DNA of 63,882 nucleotides, counting the filler, from Barthelona sp. PAP020 (lineage: Eukaryota), in NCBI GenBank assembly GCA_040182905.1. It is 9 parts of 9 records of this genome, joined end to end, with 100 filler letters (N's around TTAATTAATTAA, not from the genome) between each part and the next. Parts side by side here need not be neighbours in the genome. Positions count along the whole stretch, not along the records: positions 56,918 to 63,882 come from JARQWU010000521.1; 8 more parts are not named here. One strand, written 5' to 3'. The notes beneath the pieces were generated by a model that saw only the letters and a list, made by a program, of their open reading frames with translations, was not told the DNA's origin and made no database searches. Of this stretch, positions 56,818 through 63,882 are shown piece after piece (within the stretch, counting starts at the first letter, position 1; every line of letters begins with the position of its first letter). Both the position numbers and the translations under genes were made by a program.

Positions 56818-57116
56818 NNNNNNNNNNNNNNNNNNNNNNNNNNNNNNNNNNNNNNNNNNNNTTAATTAATTAANNNNNNNNNNNNNNNNNNNNNNNNNNN
56901 NNNNNNNNNNNNNNNNNCACACCGTATATAAAAGCTTTCGTATACCTTTTCTTGTACCTAACGTGAAATGAATCGGTTGACCAAAACAGCAAAGATACCA
57001 TGGAGTAATTTCCCCAACCCCAGTTAGTAAACATAAATTAAAGCCTTTAATTTTGCCCTTTCGTCTAACGTGAATTCAAAGACTCGATCCTCATTCATCA
57101 TTATAGAAGGATAAAA

Positions 57117-57190
57117 TGGTACCACTGGGGCTTGAACCCAGGACCTTCGGTTTATTAGACCGAAACACTAACCAACTGTGCTATGGTACC
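57117..57190 (-). tRNA. tRNA-Ile (AAU)
   Basis: Acceptor stem GGTACCA/TGGTACC, D-arm GCAC/GTGT, anticodon arm TCGGT-CTAATAA-ACCGA, T-loop TTCAAGC, followed by TTTT. Confidence 0.96.
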
Positions 57191-57382
57191 CACAAACTAG
57201 ATTTGCAGAGAATAGTAGCACAAAATATAGCCATTAGTAAACTGTTTGATGTTTTTTTCTAAATGAAAACCATTCACGGTACTTTTTCATTTGAGAATAA
57301 ATTAACTTAAAAGAGTTTCCATATATTCATTAAAGAAAAAAAAAAAATAAACCTTTTTTGTTGATATCATTATAAAGCGATT

Positions 57383-57790
57383 TTATTTCCAAGTAAGAAG
57401 CACAGTGCTTCTTGGTTTGGAAATAAAGAATAGTGTTTATTAGATAATGAGGTATGAGTTGTTCAGTGAACAACGAAACAAGTTAGCTTAAGGTTTGGGA
57501 AAAACTCACGTGGATTCAGATGCCCAAGCAACTTATAAAATTGGACCTAAAGGTGGTCAAGAAACAACAAATAACGGAAGTGATATTTGATGACCTTTTA
57601 TATCTCCAATAAATTCCGTTCATTGAGCATGAACTTCCACATTATTTGGTTATAAGCTTTCAAGGCCCAATTGATCTGTTGAAAAACTTTAGATTTTCTA
57701 AGGTAAAGTTTGAACTTTAAAATTTTGTTTTTGCAAAAATACAAAGAAATGGGAATGGAAAATTTCTCCAAAATTTTCATACTTGATGAC
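57383..57790 (+). pseudogene. Rearranged, decayed copy of the family at 21408-21560
   Basis: Shared blocks GTTCATTGAGCATGAACTTCCACATTATTT, AAGAATAGTGTTTATT, TTGATCTGTTGAAAAACTT; peptide YLVISFQGPIDLLKNF. Confidence 0.65.
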
Positions 57791-57913
57791 CAAGATTCAA
57801 TTGCAGCCACTCATTTTCTGTGGCTGAGATTTAATGAAATGAGTTTTCTCTGATTGCTTTTTCTTTGTAAATAAATATAGTTGTTTCACAACTTGATCAA
57901 AACTATTTTTAAT

Positions 57914-58210
57914 TCAGAAAGTGAACCTAGAAAACACATTTAAGAAGATTTTTGGAAAAAAAAGAGAACTGGATTTTATTTTTTCTTGATATTCAAGCAT
58001 GAAATTCCCATTTTGAAGACAAGTGTCACAGTAAAACTTTATTCTAATAATTTTCACTTCTTTAAAAATTAAACCATTCAACAGATTAATCGGGCCCCAG
58101 AAGCCTTGAACCAAAACAAATTTTTCTTTCTTATTCATTGAAATGCTTCTCTTCTTGTTTTGGGAAATGAAAGAAATATCACTGGCTTTTTTTGAAAAAG
58201 TTTGGTTCAA
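57914..58210 (-). pseudogene. Third, more diverged copy of the same family, inverted relative to 57383-57790
   Basis: Peptide LVQGFWGPINLLN versus LVKGFRGPIDLLKN. Confidence 0.55.
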
Positions 58211-58264
58211 AAAATTCCAAAAAATACAAAAAAATGAGAGAAAATTTATGAAAAAGAGTTAACT

Positions 58265-59137
58265 TCAAATTACTGTCAAGAGATCAGATTTCAATTTTTG
58301 AATGGCTCTTTCCTTATTTTTTGCTTCAACTTCAACAATCATGTCGGGATACTCAGCAAAAACTTCCTTTAATAGAAGTACATCTTCCATAGATATGTAA
58401 TCAGCATGAGATTTGTTTGTGATTGAGTCTTTTCCAGATGAAATATGACAAATAACGGGTTGAATTTTTTTAATATTATTTATGTGCTGTTCAATAGATA
58501 ATTCATGTTTGTTAAAAACTCTTTCATGATGTAAATCATAGCAGGTCTTAATATTTGCTTCATTTTTTACTTGATAAATGTCATTCGCAGAAAAATAGTG
58601 ACAATTTTCCAATACAAGCAAATTCTTAAGTGTTTCTGACAGACTATTAAAAGTCCTAACGAAATTTTTGATTGCATTTGATTTATTTCCATAAATGCCT
58701 CCTGTATGAATAATACAAATCGGTATACCAAGATATAAACATAATTTTGAATGATGCTCAAGGATTCTAATACTGTTTTGAACAATTTTTTCATCTGGAC
58801 TATTTAAAACAGTAAATTGATCAGGATGTATTGTTAATGTTATGTTATTTTCTGATACAAAGGTATGAATTTTATTTAACTCATGGATAATTTGGGGAAA
58901 ATTTTCCCAATTCCAATACTCATAAAAAGGAATGATTTCTGAAGAAATCCGATATGATTCAATCTGCTGTTCAATACAATATTTGATATTTTCAAATGTT
59001 CTGTTTAGATTAAACATTGTGGCTGTCAATAATTTCTTTTCCACTTCATTTTCATTTTCTTTTTTTAAAGCATTGATACCAACAAATCCTTTTTTAAATC
59101 CTTGTTGATAACGCATGCATACCAAACCAAATTTCAT
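58265..59137 (-). CDS. uvsE: UV-damage endonuclease (UvsE/UVDE)
   Basis: MKFGLVC, YRISSEIIP, HPDQFTVLNSP, IHTGG, LVLEN, YDLHH, HISS, SHADYI, VEAKNKE. Confidence 0.93.
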   Translation of the reverse strand: MKFGLVCMRYQQGFKKGFVGINALKKENENEVEKKLLTATMFNLNRTFENIKYCIEQQIESYRISSEIIPFYEYWNWENFPQIIHELNKIHTFVSENNITLTIHPDQFTVLNSPDEKIVQNSIRILEHHSKLCLYLGIPICIIHTGGIYGNKSNAIKNFVRTFNSLSETLKNLLVLENCHYFSANDIYQVKNEANIKTCYDLHHERVFNKHELSIEQHINNIKKIQPVICHISSGKDSITNKSHADYISMEDVLLLKEVFAEYPDMIVEVEAKNKERAIQKLKSDLLTVI

Positions 59138-59196
59138 AAAATAATATTTTTTGCATGCGAATGGGTATCTACAATAAAAAATGTAATTTGAATAAA

Positions 59197-60780
59197 TTAA
59201 GCATAAACATTTATTTGTGCAGGAAAATTGTCAATTAAATGAATGACATTTCTTTCAATTTGGCCAAGTGTGACTGTACAAAAATGAGAAGTAACAACTT
59301 CAACATATTTATTACAATGAGGATTATTTGAGGTATCATTAATGGGAATTATATGATATGTGAAGAAGATAGAATCTATTCGCATGATAATTCTGTGAGG
59401 GAGCGAATTTTCATTAATTTTCTTGATAATCACATGCTTTTCAATTCGATTTCTTAAAAATTGATCTACCATAACGTGTTGAATAGTTAAACCAAAATTG
59501 ATCATTTTTTTTTCATCAGTAACATTTGCAAAGTATTGCAAATGCTTCCATTTATTGTTACATATCAAAAAAGAAGATAATAAACCAGGAAAAGCATCAT
59601 TATAACATGTTATTGGAAATAAAATTGAGTTTAAAGTTAATTGTTTTGAACATAGATAATATTTTTTTAGTATAGAAGCCAAGTTCAAGTTTGGCACTGG
59701 GTTTTTTGAAATAATAACTAAGAAATTATCTGGTACAATGCTACTGTCTATTGCTTTTGAAGTTAAGTAATATTTATTGCCATTTACAACAAAAGAAATT
59801 TTACCTGCATTTTTCAAAATGTCCATTTTTTCTTCTTTTTTCATATTTTCATCCTCTTGGTTTTTATTTTTGTTTAATTTATTGAGATTCCATCTCTTAT
59901 CTCGAAAATTTAGAAGTTCCAATGATGTTAATTTTTCTGTGTGGTCATTTCTTTTTTGTTCAAGTTCAGTTTTTTCGTATTCAACACCAAATTGAGTTAA
60001 ATCCGGGGATAAAATTCTTATTCTATGCAAAAAATTTGCAAAAATCAACAAAATCCCCTTTTGGGCAAAGTTTGGGATTTCCTCACCAACATCACACAAA
60101 ATATTACCACGATGAAAAACATACACTTTTAAAATATTACCATCCATTGTCAATTCATTTGCAAATGTTAAATAGCGTGTCAAATTGATGGAATCATTTT
60201 CAGCCTCGAATAAAACCCATGAAGACAAGGCATTTACTGCTTTAATTGAATCTTCTAATAGACTAAAAAAATTAATCTGAGTATTAGGCGTTTCTGCACT
60301 TTTAATCATATTTTTGTATTCTTTTACACCTGGAATGTCATATACATCAATGCTACTGCAAATCAAATCAATACATTCTCCATAAATTTTTAAGTGATTT
60401 TCTATTTGTTTGTGTGGAATTGTGGTGGGTGCTATTGTCAAGAAATCTATGTAACCCCCGATTTTTTTTTTATTTTGGTCATCATTTTTCGTGTCTTTTG
60501 AAAGATAAATACCAAATCTCTCCAAATTGGAATATTTAAAAGCTGAATATTTTTGTTTCATAAAACGGGTTGTATCTGATTCAAAAAAACATTCAATATC
60601 ATCATATTCATCGGGATATCCTTGATTTGTTCTGACTGCATCAATAGGTCCAACAAGTTGTTGTGGATGATTCATACCAACAATTTGATACTCCAATTTT
60701 GAAGATAAAAATGGCTGAAATACATGTCTTTCAGTCCTTTGTTGACCTATTTCGACAAAAGTAACTCTTGTGTATTGCAT
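59197..60780 (-). CDS. Hypothetical protein
   Basis: ~527 aa from probable ATG 60780; no recognised motif. Confidence 0.7.
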   Translation of the reverse strand: MQYTRVTFVEIGQQRTERHVFQPFLSSKLEYQIVGMNHPQQLVGPIDAVRTNQGYPDEYDDIECFFESDTTRFMKQKYSAFKYSNLERFGIYLSKDTKNDDQNKKKIGGYIDFLTIAPTTIPHKQIENHLKIYGECIDLICSSIDVYDIPGVKEYKNMIKSAETPNTQINFFSLLEDSIKAVNALSSWVLFEAENDSINLTRYLTFANELTMDGNILKVYVFHRGNILCDVGEEIPNFAQKGILLIFANFLHRIRILSPDLTQFGVEYEKTELEQKRNDHTEKLTSLELLNFRDKRWNLNKLNKNKNQEDENMKKEEKMDILKNAGKISFVVNGNKYYLTSKAIDSSIVPDNFLVIISKNPVPNLNLASILKKYYLCSKQLTLNSILFPITCYNDAFPGLLSSFLICNNKWKHLQYFANVTDEKKMINFGLTIQHVMVDQFLRNRIEKHVIIKKINENSLPHRIIMRIDSIFFTYHIIPINDTSNNPHCNKYVEVVTSHFCTVTLGQIERNVIHLIDNFPAQINVYA

Positions 60781-60811
60781 AACATAATCAAAGAAGAGTT
60801 TTTTTTTTTTT

Positions 60812-62473
60812 ATGATTGTTGGAAATGTTGATGATATGAATTCTGAATCCACAAATATTAAAATTCCAACAAAATTAAATGCGAATGTTAAAAAATTGCT
60901 CATCTTTACTTTGATACTAATCAATTTCTTCATTGGTTTCAATCAAAATGACATTGATTTATTTTTCTTTGTGCTTTATGCTTTTTTTAATATGTTATTT
61001 GATGGCTTTTCTTCAATAAAATCTATTAAATCTTTGAAAATTAACGTTGATTTAATATTGAAGGGTATCGTCTATTGTTTGAAACATGTGATTTTATTTA
61101 TCATAATAATAATATTTGATAAAGGGGTGTTTTATGTTTTATGGGGCAGTCAATTTTTAATTGCCTATATTGTTAAAAGGAAAATATCTAGTCAAAAGAA
61201 ATTGCAGATTATCGGAATTGATTTAATGTTAATTATTTTTCTCAGTCTTTTTATCAAGAAATCTTTTGAATGGCATGGTATTCTTTTAATTTTTACATAT
61301 TTTTTTTTGTTTTTCTTGCATCCTTATTCTCACGAATCTTCAAATGTTGATCAATTTTTTTTAAACTGTATAGTTTTTATTGTGTTTATATTTTCTTCAT
61401 TATTCTTTTCTGGTAAACATTATTCTTTCAATTGGCAATCTTTGTTCATGGCATTGATGATGTTTTTTTATCATTATTTGCACAAATCGTATGATTTTGA
61501 TCAATTATCGATTTACATGTGTTTTTTATCTGTTTCATATTTTTCACTTTTTTCCTCAGGTTTGAATTGGGTTTTAGTTGTATTTGTGATTATCAGTTTG
61601 TATGTACCAACGATTTTTTCATCCCAATCAATAAGATTGCCTTTACCTTCGAGGGAATTGCCATTTGACGATTTTTTCATGATACATGTTATTATTGTTA
61701 TTTTTTTATTAATTTTTTCGTATCTTTTAGCAGAAACATCCAATTGTTCTATTGTTAAAGTTATTTCTTTTTTCTGTTTGTCAGTCTTATATTGTTTGGA
61801 AAGAGAAAATGGACCTTCAATTGATTCTTTAAGTCAATTACCATTTATTCTTGATTTAATTTTATCAATTTCAATATTTGTTCTCAATTTTTACACAGCT
61901 ATTGATTTACTGATGAATTTTAACAAAGTTGTAAATAACAGTGTTGGTGTCACTATTGTTGTTTTAATTGTTGTTTTATTTACTCTTTATTTGTTGTTTT
62001 TCTATTCAAAAAAAAATAAACACACAAAACTGAAAAAAATTTTTTTTCAATTCTTTTCTTTGTTTGTTTCAATTTTGTTTTTAGTTTTTTTGTTGTTTTT
62101 AAAAGTGTTTAACTGGAAACAAAATTTGTTTTTGACTTCTTTTGGTTTGACATTGATTTTCTTTGGAATTTTAAAAATGACAACTTATTTTAAAAGAGCT
62201 TCTTCTTTTTTGTTAGTAGGTATTAATAAAGAACAGAGTTTCATCATTGATACCATGAATGCTTCCATTTTAAAAATTGAAGGAATTTTACAAAAAAAGG
62301 ATGAATGTGTTTATCCTATCAGTGCAAATTTAGTAGCTTTGAATGTTTCATATGTTTATGATTCTGTTTTTGATAGAAATGTTTTAATGGAAAAAATCAA
62401 GACTGTTACTGATCAATTATTGACATTTCAAACTGTAATTGAATTAATTCCTAATAATATGACTAGTTATTGA
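60812..62473 (+). CDS. Polytopic membrane protein, possibly divergent ZnT5/Msc2-type CDF
   Basis: ~14 hydrophobic segments in two blocks plus a soluble alpha/beta C-terminal tail. Confidence 0.5.
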   Translation: MIVGNVDDMNSESTNIKIPTKLNANVKKLLIFTLILINFFIGFNQNDIDLFFFVLYAFFNMLFDGFSSIKSIKSLKINVDLILKGIVYCLKHVILFIIIIIFDKGVFYVLWGSQFLIAYIVKRKISSQKKLQIIGIDLMLIIFLSLFIKKSFEWHGILLIFTYFFLFFLHPYSHESSNVDQFFLNCIVFIVFIFSSLFFSGKHYSFNWQSLFMALMMFFYHYLHKSYDFDQLSIYMCFLSVSYFSLFSSGLNWVLVVFVIISLYVPTIFSSQSIRLPLPSRELPFDDFFMIHVIIVIFLLIFSYLLAETSNCSIVKVISFFCLSVLYCLERENGPSIDSLSQLPFILDLILSISIFVLNFYTAIDLLMNFNKVVNNSVGVTIVVLIVVLFTLYLLFFYSKKNKHTKLKKIFFQFFSLFVSILFLVFLLFLKVFNWKQNLFLTSFGLTLIFFGILKMTTYFKRASSFLLVGINKEQSFIIDTMNASILKIEGILQKKDECVYPISANLVALNVSYVYDSVFDRNVLMEKIKTVTDQLLTFQTVIELIPNNMTSY

Positions 62474-62665
62474 ACGTTCAAAATTTGATTTAAGTATTTC
62501 TTTGCAGTCAAATTTTTTCAAAAATCATATAGTCATTATAAAAGTTAAAAAACCATTCATTTAATAGTTTTCATCTTTTATTATCACTAATTTTTTGGGG
62601 AAGTTGTGGATATGATCAATGATAAATTTTTCTTGTTCTTTTTTTTCATTTTGTTTTTAAATTTA

Positions 62666-63667
62666 ATGGTTTTAGAACACGAAAAACCGTTGATTAACAC
62701 AACAAATAATTCTCCATTAATCAATGCTTTGCAAAATACAAGACCTGATGATTATTTGCTGTGCAATTATATTTTATGTCCCGATTTTTTGAAAGGAAAT
62801 CCCGATATTAGTGATTATTATCGTTTTAATTATACTGTTAAGATGTGTTTCAGATCAATATTCAAATTACACAATCAAACATTGAATATTTGGACACATT
62901 TTATTGGATTTGTTCTTTTGTTATTATATTTAATAAAAAATGTCAGATCTATGGACTTTTTATACCTGCCATTTTCCGAAAAAACCTTTTTTTCTTTACT
63001 TTTTGGTACAAATAAAGGTCTGATGATTTTTGGAAGTTTTGGGTCATTGTTTTCATTATTTTCTTCTTTTGTATTTCATTTATTCAATTGTAATTCCAAA
63101 AAAGCATATTTTTCTCTTGTGAAAATTGATATTTTTGCAATTTCTTTTGTTGTTTATTGTATTCAAGTTTCTTATTTTTTATCAATTGCACAAAGTTATA
63201 AAGTTCTTGCTGTCTATACTAATGGTATTTTGGCGATTTGCACTTTCATTGTTTTCATCATCTTTATTTTTCAATTTTTATCAATCTTTAATGATCCTAA
63301 CGTTAGATGGGTAAGGACATTATGTTTTATAATTCAAGGAATGATTTCTCTGCCTATTTTCTACATTTTTTCACGACAAATTCGAATTTTTGATTATTTT
63401 CTGTTGATGTTTTTCGCAGTTCTTTATTTTGCTGTTGGAACCTTGTTTTATTCCTTAAGAATTCCAGAAAGACTTTTAAATTCAAAGCAAAGAAAAAGAA
63501 AAGTTTCTGGAATTCATTTTTCAAAGATCAATTTTCGCAATTTGTCATGGATATATTGTTGTTTGATTCATTCTCATATTATTTTTCACATTTTTATTGT
63601 AATTGGAGAATTAAAAAGTGCCAGCATCATAAAAGATGTTTTGACTATTCAATTTTTGTCCCAATGA
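62666..63667 (+). CDS. PAQR/adiponectin-receptor (HlyIII) family protein
   Basis: N..I...YR, SIFKLHNQTLNIWTH, SSFVFHLF, D..I, FYSLRIPER, HSHIIFH. Confidence 0.92.
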   Translation: MVLEHEKPLINTTNNSPLINALQNTRPDDYLLCNYILCPDFLKGNPDISDYYRFNYTVKMCFRSIFKLHNQTLNIWTHFIGFVLLLLYLIKNVRSMDFLYLPFSEKTFFSLLFGTNKGLMIFGSFGSLFSLFSSFVFHLFNCNSKKAYFSLVKIDIFAISFVVYCIQVSYFLSIAQSYKVLAVYTNGILAICTFIVFIIFIFQFLSIFNDPNVRWVRTLCFIIQGMISLPIFYIFSRQIRIFDYFLLMFFAVLYFAVGTLFYSLRIPERLLNSKQRKRKVSGIHFSKINFRNLSWIYCCLIHSHIIFHIFIVIGELKSASIIKDVLTIQFLSQ

Positions 63668-63882
63668 TAACCCTTTTTTTATCCATAAATATCTAGTCGT
63701 TTTTTTCCTTTGAAATTCATGATTTTGCCAATCTACAAACAATCATAATGATGTGCAATTTTCAAGTAAAAATTCTTAAAGACTTTACAAAGGCTATCGA
63801 TATGTATTGAGACGCTTCCGTGTTTTTTTGGAACGGTCCAGACTATTAGTTGTTGAAGACAGAAATCTAGCTGACAAGGGAG

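Noticed and set aside
7043..56917. TTAATTAATTAA motif recurring every ~7.1 kb
   Set aside because: Artificial six-frame-stop linker in N padding; the periodicity comes from length-sorted contigs.
63748..63876. Box C/D snoRNA (ATGATG...CTGA)
   Set aside because: No terminal stem or recognisable rRNA guide; the region reads equally well as the 3' end of a minus-strand CDS cut by the window edge.

Overview
AT-rich, gene-dense eukaryotic DNA read with the standard genetic code. The window is nine unrelated contigs of about 7 kb (7042 down to 6965 nt, sorted by length) joined by artificial 100-nt N/TTAATTAATTAA linkers, so adjacency across linkers means nothing. Gene content (B9D1, U1A/U2B'', copine, Rab, RPC11, RPB2, COMMD, PAQR) and four 39-41 nt spliceosomal introns point to a compact-genome flagellated protist. 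A free-living metamonad is my impression, not a demonstrated assignment. Most notable: (1) a dispersed 260-385 nt non-coding element in three copies with conserved, partly covarying hairpins; (2) a reverse-transcriptase fragment that the ORF track missed, on the same contig and strand as a large Upf1-like helicase, whose TAA stop is followed in frame by ~190 more codons and then by one element copy; (3) a bacterial-type UvsE near a tRNA-Ile; (4) a calcineurin-A-like pseudophosphatase; (5) a >2300-aa beta-helical adhesin-like protein; (6) an MFS-ankyrin fusion; (7) template-switch palindromes in decayed repeats. All protein calls come from motif recognition by eye; no searches were run.
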